Source: an uncultured Chloroflexia bacterium (GTDB lineage: Bacteria; Chloroflexota; Limnocylindria; Limnocylindrales; CSP1-4). From it: 64,000 nt of DNA. Numbering within the stretch: the first letter of the stretch is position 1; each line of letters opens with the position of its first letter. Below the pieces are notes generated by a model. That model was not told the origin of the DNA, searched no databases, and worked only from the letters and a program-made list of their open reading frames with translations. The position numbers and the translations under genes were made by a program. The DNA is taken from contig CAWBMK010000007.1 in the NCBI GenBank assembly GCA_963789905.1, positions 780-64,779 on the forward strand. The letters are read 5' to 3'. Of this stretch, positions 1 to 9,610 are shown piece by piece.

Positions 1-1
1 C

Positions 2-280
2 CTGGCCGCGAGCGTGACAGGACCTGATGTGGTCGAGCTGTGGGACTGGGCGCTGGCGGTGGGCGACGCGCACGCCAGCGAGCCGCACGTCGCTGGGACG
101 CGGGAGCTGCTCACCGTGACCGAGGGCGAGGTGATCCTCTCGGTCGCGGGCGAGGAGCTCGTGCTGTACCCGGGCGACGCCGCCTCCTTCCGCGGAGATG
201 TCGTGCACGGCTACCGCAACGACGGCGGGGCCGGCGCACGGTTCGCGCTGACCGTCTACGAGCCGGCTGGGCCGCGATGA
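2..280 (+). CDS. Cupin-domain (XRE-cupin-like) regulator, 5' truncated by window edge
   Basis: Open frame from window start; C-terminal cupin pattern ELLTVTEGEV..LYPGDAASFRGDVVHGYRN. Confidence 0.75.
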   Translation: MAASVTGPDVVELWDWALAVGDAHASEPHVAGTRELLTVTEGEVILSVAGEELVLYPGDAASFRGDVVHGYRNDGGAGARFALTVYEPAGPR

Positions 281-999
281 CGACGGAGCGCCTCGAGGCG
301 TTGCTCGCCGCAGCAGTCGTCGACCCGGCCGTGCACGAGCTCCGGCCGGACTACGTCGTGCTCCTGGTCGCCGCGGACGGCCTTCCGGGCGGGCCGAGCG
401 ACGAGGAATCCGACGGCTGGCTGCGCGAGGCCGAGGCCGCGGCTGCCGGACGGCTGGCCGGATCGCCACCCGAGGAGCGGCCACACGTGGCGCTCTGGCG
501 CGAGGCGTTCCGGGCGTTCGGGGCGAAGCCGCAGAGGACGCGGAGCAGCCTCGAAGCGCTGCTGCGCCGTGTCCCGGACGGGCTGCCACGGATCAACCGG
601 TTGACCGACCTGTACAACTCGGTGTCGGTCCTGCACGAGGTGCCGGTCGGCGGCGAGGACCTCGACGGGTATGTCGGCTCCGCTCACCTCGTCCGCGCGA
701 CTGGAGCGGAGCCCTTCGAGACGACGGCGGACGGCGAGCCAGTCATCGAGCGTCCGGATCCTGGCGAGGTCGTCTGGACTGACGACGCCGGCGTCACCTG
801 CCGACGATGGAACTGGCGACAGTGCACGCGCACACAGCTCTCGCCCGCAACGACGCGGGCGCTGTTCATCATCGACGCCCTCGGGCCCGACGCCGTCGCG
901 ACGGCAACCGCCGCTGGCGATGACCTCGAAGCGCGGCTGCAGGCGCTGGACCCGGCGGTCGAGACGTCGCGACGCCTGCTGACCCGGCCCCGCGCCTGA
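277..999 (+). CDS. B3/B4 (PheT editing-like) domain protein
   Basis: ATGA overlap with upstream stop; WREAFRAFGAKPQRTRSSLEALLRR, LPRINRLTDLYN, GVTCRRWNWRQ motifs. Confidence 0.85.
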   Translation: MTTERLEALLAAAVVDPAVHELRPDYVVLLVAADGLPGGPSDEESDGWLREAEAAAAGRLAGSPPEERPHVALWREAFRAFGAKPQRTRSSLEALLRRVPDGLPRINRLTDLYNSVSVLHEVPVGGEDLDGYVGSAHLVRATGAEPFETTADGEPVIERPDPGEVVWTDDAGVTCRRWNWRQCTRTQLSPATTRALFIIDALGPDAVATATAAGDDLEARLQALDPAVETSRRLLTRPRA

Positions 1000-1013
1000 A
1001 AGGAGCCCAGGAC

Positions 1014-2167
1014 ATGACTGAGTCGCTGTATCCCACCAGCGTGAACCTGGACCAGGGGTGGTCAGCCGACACGGTGGCCGTCCAGGCCGGTCGGCCCGCG
1101 CGCGTCGCTGGTGCTCCCATGAATCCGCCGATCACCCTGAGCTCGACGTACGTCCACGACGCCGAGCATCGAGTACGGCCGCGACGGTAACGCGGGGTGG
1201 GGCGCGCTCGAGTCGGCGCTCGGCGCCCTGGACGGCGGTCAAGCCGTGACGTTCGCCTCGGGCCTCGCGGCGGCCACCGCGATCGCCGCGCTCGTGCCGC
1301 CGGGTGGGACCGTGGCGCTGTCCACGGTGACGTACCACGGCGTGCGGAACATCTTCGACCGGATGCAGTCGAGCGGCCGCCTCCATGTCCGCACGGTGCC
1401 AGGCCGACGACACCGACGCCGTCCTCGCAGCCGCCGACGGTGCCGACCTGGTGTGGGTTGAGTCGATCGCCAACCCGCTCATCGTGGTCGCCGACATCCC
1501 GGCGATCGCGGCTGGTGCTCGGGAGCGAGGCGCCATCACCGTCGTCGACGCGACGTTCGCGACGCCGCTCCGCCAGCGTCCGCTAGAGCTCGGCGCCGAT
1601 CTCGTGCTGCACTCGGCCACGAAGCTCATCGGCGGCCACTCCGACCTCCTGCTGGGCGCGGTCGTGTGCAAGGACGCGGCGCACGCGGATGCCCTGGTGA
1701 CGTACCGCCACGACCACGGGTCCATCCCCGGCGCGCTGGAGGCCTTCCTCGCGTTGCGCGGCCTGCGCACCCTCGCCGTCCGGCTTGACCGCGCCGAGGC
1801 GTCGGCGGCCGTGCTCGCCGGGAGGTTGGCATCGCACCCGCATGTGGCGAAGGTCTACTACCCGGGCCTGCCCGGGGACGCGCAGCACGAGCGCGCCTCG
1901 CGGGTCCTCCCGAACGGGTCGGGATCCATGCTGTCCTTCGAGGTCGCCGGGACCGTCGATCAGACCGAGGCGTTCCTGGCCCGTCTGCGGCTGGTGACCC
2001 ACGCCACCAGCCTTGGAGGCGTCGAGTCCCTGATCGAGCGCCGTGCGCGATATGCCGGCGACGCCGCGATCGTCGGCCCCACCCTGTGCCGTCTATCGGT
2101 CGGCATCGAGAACGTCGATGACCTGTGGGCCGATCTCGACGTGGCCATGCGCGCCGTGCTCGGCTGA
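1014..2167 (+). CDS. Cys/Met metabolism PLP enzyme (cystathionine gamma-synthase/lyase family), two apparent frameshifts (~1165, ~1400)
   Basis: AGGAG RBS before ATG 1014; PPITLSSTY, FASGLAA, VVDATFATP, HSATKLIGGHSD (PLP Lys), SLGGVESLI across three frames. Confidence 0.85.
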
Positions 2168-2176
2168 GAGATACCG

Positions 2177-2533
2177 ATGTTCTCCATCTCGTTCATCTTC
2201 AAGCCAGGCACGTACGACGATGAATTCCGGCGCCTCGACGCGGCAACCCAGGCGGTCGCCGAGTCAACCAAGGGGTACCTAGGTTCGGAGACCTGGTGGT
2301 CCGACGATCGGACCGTGTGCAACGCCGTCTACTACTGGGCGGACCTCGCCCACCTGTCGGACTTCGCCCAGGCCACAACGCACCGCGCGGCGAAGTCGGC
2401 GTACGACCGGTGGTACGACGGCTACCAGGTGGTCGTCGCCGAGGTTCGCGGAGCCTACGGCGACGGTCGCCTCTCGCATCTCACATCAGCGATCGCGAAG
2501 ATCCGTCGGCCGTCCGCAGCCATGGATGGCTGA
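2177..2533 (+). CDS. Antibiotic biosynthesis monooxygenase-like (dimeric alpha/beta barrel) protein
   Basis: GYLGSETWW, YYWADL, HRAAKSAYDRWYDGYQVVVAEV pattern. Confidence 0.7.
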   Translation: MFSISFIFKPGTYDDEFRRLDAATQAVAESTKGYLGSETWWSDDRTVCNAVYYWADLAHLSDFAQATTHRAAKSAYDRWYDGYQVVVAEVRGAYGDGRLSHLTSAIAKIRRPSAAMDG

Positions 2534-2613
2534 GCCGGGACCTGTCTGACAAGCGAGACCTGACAACGGAATAGGCAGGATCCGCGTAGCCCCACGACCT
2601 CTTCGACGGACCC

Positions 2614-2859
2614 CTACTCGTCCGCTTCGGCGTGGCCCTCGGGCTCGGGCAGGCGCGGGGCCAGGATCCACACGAGCTGCGCCGTCGTCGCCGCCCCTAC
2701 CCTGGACCGCGCATTCGCGAGGTGGTGCTTGACGGTCGAATGGGACAGGCCCAGGCGGTGGGCAGCGGCCTTCTCCGACCCCGCGACCAGGACGGCTGCG
2801 ACCACGCCGACCTCACGATCGGTGGCGCGTTGGGCGGGACGGGACGACCGTTGCGTCAT
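2614..2859 (-). CDS. Small stand-alone LuxR-type HTH protein (copy 1)
   Basis: TDREVGVVAAVLVAGSEKAAAHRLGLSHSTVKHHLANARSRVGAATTAQLV, a GerE/LuxR HTH pattern. Confidence 0.75.
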   Translation of the reverse strand: MTQRSSRPAQRATDREVGVVAAVLVAGSEKAAAHRLGLSHSTVKHHLANARSRVGAATTAQLVWILAPRLPEPEGHAEADE

Positions 2860-2955
2860 GCGCTCCGCAGCCAGTCGAAGGGCTCGGGCGGCTCGGCCAG
2901 CCGCATCGTGATCGGAAGGTCGGTGGTCGCGGGGCTATCCCTCTCGCCCCGACCA
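2648..2955. repeat. ~310-bp direct repeat, copy 1 (HTH gene plus upstream micro-ORF)
   Basis: Aligns by eye with 5589-5897. Confidence 0.9.
2856..2906 (-). CDS. Micro-ORF MRLAEPPEPFDWLRSA coupled (ATGA) to HTH gene, or 3' remnant of a longer gene
   Basis: Identical peptide at 5798-5848; the three nucleotide differences are all synonymous. Confidence 0.5.
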   Translation of the reverse strand: MRLAEPPEPFDWLRSA

Positions 2956-3034
2956 CTTACGGAAATCCCGAGCTGTTCGGGTAGGACCCCGGGTCCGGTG
3001 TCGGTGAGGCGGTCGGTGCGACGTGGCCGTCGAG

Positions 3035-4003
3035 CTACCGATGGCCCGTGCGGGCCGGAATCGGCAGACTCGGCCTCAAGAAGCTGACGAGTTCCCGGCG
3101 CACTGCCTCGGTCTGGCCGAGCAGAAGATGGCCGCCCGTTTCGAGGCTCACCAGTCGAGCCCCGGGGATGCGTCCCGCCGCGCGTTCGGCGGCCTCGTAG
3201 GACACCAGCGGATCGTCCTTCGTGTGCACGATCAGGGTCGGGACGTCGATCGCCTCGAGGCGGTACCCGTTGACGGCGGCATTGGAGACGAAGACATCGA
3301 AGTCGACGCCCTGCTCTCTTGGTTTGATCGGGAAGAGGCTGTCGATGAAGTCGGTCACGAACCGGGCGTCGTCGGCGCTGAGCGGCAATCCCCTCGGGAC
3401 GCCTGACAGGAACCTCATCGTGGATGGAAGGAACGTCCAGATCAGCCACACCGGGACCTGCCTGTTCACGAGCCGCGCCCAGGAGGGCAGGACTACGGCG
3501 GTCGGGCTTCCTGGCAGGTTGCCCGACAGGACCACGAGGTGGCTGACTCGTTCAGGGTGCCGTAGAGCGAGTTGAAGCACCGATGTGGTGCCAGCCGACA
3601 CGCCGACGACGTCGATCCGGTCGATCCCGAGCGTGTCGAGCAGGGCGACGAAGGCGTCGGCCTGGTCAGCCGGCGTCGCCCGCGGTGGGATGTCCGAACC
3701 GAGGTAGCCGAACCGCGACGGCGCGATGATGCGCCGGTCCGGGAACAGGCCGCCGAAGAGCAACGCGCTCGCGCAGCCCTGGAAGATCCCATGGCTGACG
3801 AGTACCGGGTCGCCGGTGCCATGCTCGGCGTACTCGATGTGTCCGAATGCAGTCGCGATCCGAGTCGTGTCCGTGGCGGCCAGGCGGGTTCGGGCGGCGG
3901 TGAGATCTCGCCGGTAGCGGCGCCGCCCTCCTGCGGCGGCGATCATCGCAGTCGACAGCGTCGCCAGGATCGCGGCCAGCCACGCGTTCGTGCGGGTCGA
4001 CAT
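3035..4003 (-). CDS. Alpha/beta hydrolase with N-terminal signal/anchor
   Basis: VLVSHG, APSRFGYLGS, GVSAG nucleophile elbow, TLIVHTKDD, GGH. Confidence 0.85.
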   Translation of the reverse strand: MSTRTNAWLAAILATLSTAMIAAAGGRRRYRRDLTAARTRLAATDTTRIATAFGHIEYAEHGTGDPVLVSHGIFQGCASALLFGGLFPDRRIIAPSRFGYLGSDIPPRATPADQADAFVALLDTLGIDRIDVVGVSAGTTSVLQLALRHPERVSHLVVLSGNLPGSPTAVVLPSWARLVNRQVPVWLIWTFLPSTMRFLSGVPRGLPLSADDARFVTDFIDSLFPIKPREQGVDFDVFVSNAAVNGYRLEAIDVPTLIVHTKDDPLVSYEAAERAAGRIPGARLVSLETGGHLLLGQTEAVRRELVSFLRPSLPIPARTGHR

Positions 4004-4244
4004 GTTCGAATGGTGTGCCCGCTGGCAGACGGTGGATAGGGCCCAACGGCCTTGTTTGGCGGCACGATCCGCCTTGCCTCAGTGGCCGGCTCGCCGTCGT
4101 GCGTGGGCGACTCCGGCCGCGATTCCTATTCGGTCGGTTGGGCCATGTCGTCGGGTTGGAGCTCTGGCGGGACCGGGGGTTTGGGGATAGAGACCCGCCG
4201 AGCTGGGCGACAAGTGAGGTCACAGCCGAGCGCAGTGCGCCGAC

Positions 4245-4290
4245 TTGACGGGCACGTGGTCTGGGGTCTACAGTTAACCATGTGGTGAAC
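4245..4290 (+). promoter_or_regulatory. Sigma70-like promoter TTGACG-N18-TACAGT overlapped by ArsR-type operator GTTAACCATGTGGTGAAC (4273-4290)
   Basis: Near-palindrome directly upstream of an ArsR gene. Confidence 0.55.
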
Positions 4291-4295
4291 CTTTA

Positions 4296-4649
4296 GTGGC
4301 AACCATGGACGACTTGAGCCGGGTGTTCGACGCCTTGGCCAACGAGCACAGGCGCGAGATGATCCGACTGCTTGCTCTTCAGCCCCGCTCGATCAGCCAG
4401 TTGGCGGAGCTCCGCGGTCTGTCGCTGCCGGCGATCCACAAGCACGTCCGCGTGCTCGAGGAGGCTGCGATGGTCAGCCGACGCAAGCTCGGGCGGACGA
4501 ACTTCCTGGCACTCGAGCGGGAGCCGCTCAGCCGTCTGCAGGCCTGGACGGGCCAGTTCCATCCATGGTGGGGGACCGATGCGGAGACGCTGGAGAACTA
4601 CGTCGACGCTCTCCGTCGGGACCCACCTTCAAGTGAGGAGGCATCGTGA
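4296..4649 (+). CDS. ArsR/SmtB family transcriptional regulator
   Basis: FDALANEHRREMIRLL, SLPAIHKHVRVLEEA wHTH. Confidence 0.9.
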   Translation: MATMDDLSRVFDALANEHRREMIRLLALQPRSISQLAELRGLSLPAIHKHVRVLEEAAMVSRRKLGRTNFLALEREPLSRLQAWTGQFHPWWGTDAETLENYVDALRRDPPSSEEAS

Positions 4650-4933
4650 AGAAGTTCGTATTCCTGGCCCACGGCGAGATGGAGCGGACGCCGGAGTTCC
4701 GGCAGGCGCATCGGGCGTGGTGGTCGTCGATCGAGGGCCACGTCGTGGACTCGGGCAACCCCTTGTTCAATGGACGGGACGTCACCCGCCACCGGACGGT
4801 GACGGAGCTCACCGCTGACCAGTCGCCGGCGCTCGGCTACTCCATCGTGCAGGCCGAGTCGATCGACGACGCGGTCGCGTTGCTGGCCGAGTGCCCGATG
4901 GACATGTGGGTCTACGAGGCCATGCCCATGTGA
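4646..4933 (+). CDS. YCII-related protein
   Basis: GTGA coupling; VVDSGNP, GYSIVQAESIDDAVALLAECP. Confidence 0.7.
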   Translation: MKKFVFLAHGEMERTPEFRQAHRAWWSSIEGHVVDSGNPLFNGRDVTRHRTVTELTADQSPALGYSIVQAESIDDAVALLAECPMDMWVYEAMPM

Positions 4934-5061
4934 CGTCGCGCCCGAGATGATCGGTCTCGGGCACCTCCGTCGTCGGTATCTCGCCGGTGCCGTAGCGACG
5001 CGGAACGATCGGTCTGGTAGCCAGCCCAGTCCTCATACGTCAGTGTCGCGCATCCGACGGC

Positions 5062-5460
5062 ATGAAGCTGGCGCGGTCGCTCCTCTTGCTGTCGTCTGTC
5101 GTGTTCGCGGTCACCGCGATCGGCTACCTGCTCGTGCCCGGCGCCATGCTCTCCGTCGTTGGTGTTGCCTCACCCGGCACTGCGGACTTCCTGCTCCGGA
5201 CCGAGGGGGTCGCGCTGCTCTGCTGGGGCCGTGTTCCTCTGGGCGACGCGCGATGCGGGTCCGCCCGGGCTGATCCGCATCGTGCTGGCCGGGCTCGCGG
5301 TGTACTACGTGCTCGGATCCGCTCGTCGACCTCGCGGCCTTCGCGCAGGGCGTCGTCGGCACGGCCTCGGTCCCGAGCGCAGTCGTCCTCCTCGGCGTCG
5401 TGCTTCGCGGCGCGCTGGCAGACTCACCGCGGCTGGTCGCGCCGGAGAGGTGCGTCGCGC
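5062..5460 (+). CDS. Small multi-pass membrane protein, frameshifted (~5220, ~5320); end approximate
   Basis: Hydrophobic segments continue across three frames. Confidence 0.5.
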
Positions 5461-5559
5461 CGACGGCCCGGCGGGGTATCTGCCGCCGGAGAGCCCGGAA
5501 ACCAATCGCCCGCCCCCTGCAAGCTGACGTCCTCCATCGGCCGAGCAGGCGGCCACTCT

Positions 5560-5801
5560 TCCGTCGAGCGGCATGCCGTTCGCGCTCAGGCAGTCGCGGG
5601 GCCAGGATCCACACGAGCTGCGCCGTGGTTGTCGCGCCCACCTTGGACCGTGCGTTCGCCAGGTGGTGCTTGACCGTCGAGTGCGACAGGCCGAGGCGGT
5701 GGGCGGCCGCCTTCTCCGACCCGGCGACCAGGACGGCCGCGACCACGCCGACCTCGCGGTCGGTGGCGCGCTCGGCGGGGTGGCGGCGGCCGGCGCGTCA
5801 T
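5560..5801 (-). pseudogene. LuxR-type HTH protein copy 2 (+1 frameshift near 5770, divergent tail); end approximate
   Basis: VAAVLVAGSEKAAAHRLGLSHSTVKHHLANARSKVGATTTAQLV; one extra base versus copy 1. Confidence 0.65.
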
Positions 5802-5897
5802 GCGCTCCGCAGCCAGTCGAACGGCTCTGGCGGCTCGGCGAGCCGCATCGTGATCGGAAGGTCGTTGGTGGCGGGGCTATCTCTCTCGCCCCGACCA
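5589..5897. repeat. ~310-bp direct repeat, copy 2
   Basis: Aligns with 2648-2955. Confidence 0.9.
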
Positions 5898-6005
5898 AAC
5901 CGACCTCATCATGGGAGGCTCGGTAAGAACGCTCAGCGCACGGTGGCATCGAGCCCCTGGCCCGCACCCGTGGCCATCGGCAGGCCGCACGGGCCGGCAG
6001 ATGGG

Positions 6006-7553
6006 TCACGGGACGGCCGGCACCGACACTCTCCCAGCCTCGACGGCCGCGACGTAGGCGGCATGGTCCCGTTCGTTGACGGCCGCGTAGGTCTCGGCGA
6101 AGTCGGCGATCGCCCCGTCGAACCTGTCGCTCGTGCCGAGGTATGCGGAGATCGCGACTGCATCGCCCGTCACGGCGTGGGCCCGCGCGAGTGACCAACC
6201 GCAGATCCCGCCGTAGAAGCCAAGGCCGACCGGTTCGATCGTCGTGATGTCGACCGAGCCCTTCATGTCCCAGAGCTGTCGCAGGTAGAAGTCGCGGCCG
6301 CCCGGTCCCCGCGTCCAGCCGAGGAGGATGTCGGGGGTCGCCTGCATGCGCTGCTGTCCGACCACGACCCGCTCGGCATGGTTGGCATGCGCGCTCTGGT
6401 CGACAAAAGGCGCGAGGACCGACGCGGAGGCCTCCTTCGCCTGAAGGATGAGCGGGTCGTTCTCGTCACGCCCTAGGAGGACGAGCACGAAACAGCGCGT
6501 CCCGACACTGCCGACGCCGACGACCTTGAGAGCGAAGTCCACGAAGCGATACCGCTCCAGGAAGTCTCGCCGGTTCTCAGGCATCGTCGCGCGGTAGTCA
6601 CTGAAGACCTTCTCCAGGGCCTTTGGGCCGCCCATCCCTTCGAGGTCGACGTGGGTGATGACGGGCGGGTCGTCGAGGATGACCCGGCGTCCGTCCACGA
6701 CGGCCGTCAGCTTCTCGAAGGCGTGCATCCCGTCGCGCTGGCGGGCCTTGCTGAAGATGGCCTCGAGGTTCTTGCGGCGAGAGGCGCCCTCTCGGCCCTG
6801 GAGCCTTCCGGTCGCCTCGGCGGCCTCCCGGATCTCGGCCTCGGTGATCGAGGTGTACCAGACGGTCATGAGGCTCATCCCCGCGAAGCGGGCCATCCAT
6901 TGGCGATAGCTTCGGACCGTGGACATCGCTGCATCGCGGTTCTGGGCGACGCTGAAGCCACGCGCCCGGCCCGCGATGACGACGCTCGCGGCGAGCCGCT
7001 TGACATCCCACTCCCAGGGCCCGGGCAGCGTCTCATCGAAGTCATTGGCGTCGAAGACGAGCGTTCGCTCGGGTGAGGCGAACAGTCCGAAGTTGCTGAG
7101 GTGGGCGTCACCACTGGCCTGGACGAGGATGTCCGTGCGGGGCGTGGTCCCGAGGTCGAACGCCATCACGGCTGGGGTCCCGCGGTAGTAGGCGAACGCC
7201 GACTCAGCCATCCGCTCGTGGCGGACGGGAACGAGGTCCTGGAGCCGGTCCTCCTCCTGGGCGGCCAGGATCGCGATCGGGTCGCGGCCGGGGGCGGGTT
7301 CGAAGGTGGCGTGGTCCACTCGCGGGACCCGCTTGCGGGCCGCCCTGCCCGCCGCGGACCGTTCACTCGGAGGGACCCAGGGTCGAGCCGTCCAGGTGGC
7401 GCCTTGGGCCGGGAGATCCGCCTGCCATGCGGCGTCGAACGCGGTCGGGGCCTCGTGGCCCGGAGTCGTTCTCTGCGACCGTCGCACCGGTTGTGCTGGT
7501 TCAGTCAATGGGGATGTCCTCGGATCAAAGCCGACAGGAAGAACCGGCTCCAT
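6006..7553 (-). CDS. DUF2252 family protein (start uncertain)
   Basis: RMAESAFAYYRGTPAVMA, GDAHLSNFG, FDANDFDETLPGPWEWDVKRL, KVVGVGSVGTRC, RDFYLRQLWDMKGS. Confidence 0.9.
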   Translation of the reverse strand: MEPVLPVGFDPRTSPLTEPAQPVRRSQRTTPGHEAPTAFDAAWQADLPAQGATWTARPWVPPSERSAAGRAARKRVPRVDHATFEPAPGRDPIAILAAQEEDRLQDLVPVRHERMAESAFAYYRGTPAVMAFDLGTTPRTDILVQASGDAHLSNFGLFASPERTLVFDANDFDETLPGPWEWDVKRLAASVVIAGRARGFSVAQNRDAAMSTVRSYRQWMARFAGMSLMTVWYTSITEAEIREAAEATGRLQGREGASRRKNLEAIFSKARQRDGMHAFEKLTAVVDGRRVILDDPPVITHVDLEGMGGPKALEKVFSDYRATMPENRRDFLERYRFVDFALKVVGVGSVGTRCFVLVLLGRDENDPLILQAKEASASVLAPFVDQSAHANHAERVVVGQQRMQATPDILLGWTRGPGGRDFYLRQLWDMKGSVDITTIEPVGLGFYGGICGWSLARAHAVTGDAVAISAYLGTSDRFDGAIADFAETYAAVNERDHAAYVAAVEAGRVSVPAVP

Positions 7554-7577
7554 TTCAGGGCTTCGCGACAGCCGGAG

Positions 7578-7598
7578 CATCCTCCCATTCGGAGGACA
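7578..7598. promoter_or_regulatory. Palindromic box type A, CATCCTCC-N5-GGAGGACA
   Basis: One of five copies of C(A/T)TCCTCC-N5-GGAGGA(T/A)G; in the divergent DUF2252/DUF1269 intergenic region. Confidence 0.65.
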
Positions 7599-7641
7599 CA
7601 CTCGATCTGGCCGATCGGCATGAGCGCTCCTTCGATGGCGC

Positions 7642-7662
7642 CTTCCTCCGAAGGGGAGGATG
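7642..7662. promoter_or_regulatory. Palindromic box type A, CTTCCTCC-GAAGG-GGAGGATG
   Basis: 19 bp identical to the box at 13805. Confidence 0.7.
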
Positions 7663-7827
7663 TAGCCGGCCCGTGACACGGGCTACGGTGCGAACGTCCG
7701 GGTGGCCTCGCAAGCGGTCGACGTGCCTGGACGGTCGTCGCAAGCGTTTCCACGCTTCCCTTGCGCACGAGAAACGGTCCGCCGCAGAGGGACCGATGCG
7801 TCGACCGCGAGGAGTTGAGGTATCGAT

Positions 7828-8472
7828 GTGACAGACCAACAGACGACCCCCGAGATGACATCGGCCACCGACGCCGACGACAGCGTCGTCGTCACGGGCC
7901 AGGTGGCGGACGAGCAAGGTGTGCTCGCCGAGGGCGCGATCGCTGCTCAAGGGCCCCATGCGCTCATCGTCGCCCGGTTCGCGGACCCGACCTTGGCGAT
8001 GAGCACATATGACGATCTCATCGACGCCGAGGTCGCGGGGTTCCTCGAGGTCGACGGCGTCCTCGTGGTCAAAGCGGACGAGAAAGGCCAACTCCACGTC
8101 CAGAAGATGACCGACCACAGCACGCGTACGGGCCTGAAGTGGGGCATCGTCGGTGGTGTCGTCGCGGCGGTCTTCCTGCCAGCCACGATCGTGGCGGGCG
8201 CGGTCGCGCTCGGCGTCGCCGGCGCGGCAGCCGGCAAGGCGCGCAACCTCTATCACCGGGTCGAGGTCGAGCAGGAGCTCGCCGGCGTCATCACGCCGGG
8301 CACCTCCGGGATCCTCGCGCTCGTCTCTGCGATGGATGCGGACGCCGTCGCGCAGAAGATGCCCGAGGCCGAGCAGGTCAAGACGGTCCCGGTCGACGAG
8401 GAAACCGCGGGGGCGATCAAGGCGGCCGCGACCGCGGCTGCGTCGCACGACGCGCCCGCGATCCCAGTCTGA
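7828..8472 (+). CDS. DUF1269-like membrane protein
   Basis: DGVLVVKADEKGQLHV, GLKWGIVGGVVAAVF glycine-rich helices, PGTSGILAL. Confidence 0.8.
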   Translation: MTDQQTTPEMTSATDADDSVVVTGQVADEQGVLAEGAIAAQGPHALIVARFADPTLAMSTYDDLIDAEVAGFLEVDGVLVVKADEKGQLHVQKMTDHSTRTGLKWGIVGGVVAAVFLPATIVAGAVALGVAGAAAGKARNLYHRVEVEQELAGVITPGTSGILALVSAMDADAVAQKMPEAEQVKTVPVDEETAGAIKAAATAAASHDAPAIPV

Positions 8473-8550
8473 GTCCGCGGTGGGTAGGACCCGTTCGGCG
8501 TGCGACCGGCGCTGGACATCGGGGAGCAGGGTCGAAGGAGACACAGGGAC

Positions 8551-9552
8551 ATGGCAGACAAGCACGTGACCGGCCCGATCCAGGTGTTCGTGGTCGGGTT
8601 CGACAAGTTCGAGGCGACCGGCCGGATCATGGCCGAGCTGCGCCGGGCGCGGAAGCGCGGCGTGATCCGCCTCGTGGACGTCATCTTCGTCCAGAAGGAC
8701 CGGCACGGCGACATCGAGAACTCGATGCACCTGACCGACCTGTCCGAGGATGAGCGGATGCGTCTCGGCGCGATCGCCGGCGGGCTCATCGGACTTCATG
8801 CGGGTGGTGTCGAGGGCATGGCCGAAGGGGCCGAGCTAGGCGCCCTCGCCGTCGCCGAGCGCGACGCCGGCCTGTCGGTGGACCGCATGCAGGAGCTCGC
8901 CGACTCGATCCCCTCCGGCAGCGCCGCGGCGATCCTCGTCATCGAGCATCACTGGGCGGCGAGCCTCCGCGACGCGATCGTGGATGCCGGCGGTCGAACG
9001 CTCATGCAGGCGATGATCGCGCCCGACGCCCTCGCCATCGTGGGTGACGAGCTGCGCGTCAAGATGGAAGCCGAGGACGCCATCGAGGCGGCCGAGGAGA
9101 TCAAGCTGGCCGCCGCTATGGAGATCGCCCAGACACTTGTCGAGGCCGAGCTCATCGAGGACGCGGCCATCGCCGAGGCAGCCGATGTCGTGGCCACGGC
9201 GCTCGCGGTCGAGGATGCCGCTGCCGAGGACGTCATCGACACGCTGTTCGCCGCCTCGCTCATCGAGGAGGCGGCCAAGGAAGAGGCCGAGAACGTCGTC
9301 CGGATGTCGCTCGACGTCGAGGAGGCAGCGACCGAGGAGGCCGAGGAGGCCGTAGTCGCGGCCGACGAGATCGAGGCCGCTGCGGCTCTTCGCGCGGTTC
9401 GTGCGCTCATAGAGGCGGACCTCATCGAGCGGGAGGCCGCCCAGGAGGCGGTCGACGCCCTCGTCGCGGCCGACATGATCGAACAGGAAGCCGCGGACGA
9501 GGCCCTCGCGTCGGTGCTCGCCGCCGAGGAGGTCGCAGCCGGCGTGAGCTGA
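8551..9552 (+). CDS. DUF6325/DUF1269-like N-terminal domain fused to acidic Ala/Glu repeat tail
   Basis: AAGGAG RBS; GPIQVFVVGF, IRLVDVIFVQKD, IPSGSAAAILVIEHHWA; ~190-aa A/E/D-rich tail. Confidence 0.7.
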   Translation: MADKHVTGPIQVFVVGFDKFEATGRIMAELRRARKRGVIRLVDVIFVQKDRHGDIENSMHLTDLSEDERMRLGAIAGGLIGLHAGGVEGMAEGAELGALAVAERDAGLSVDRMQELADSIPSGSAAAILVIEHHWAASLRDAIVDAGGRTLMQAMIAPDALAIVGDELRVKMEAEDAIEAAEEIKLAAAMEIAQTLVEAELIEDAAIAEAADVVATALAVEDAAAEDVIDTLFAASLIEEAAKEEAENVVRMSLDVEEAATEEAEEAVVAADEIEAAAALRAVRALIEADLIEREAAQEAVDALVAADMIEQEAADEALASVLAAEEVAAGVS

Positions 9553-9610
9553 GTACCAACGCATCCGGGATCGCTGGGTCAACCAATGTCAACGAAGGGA
9601 GATTCCTCAG

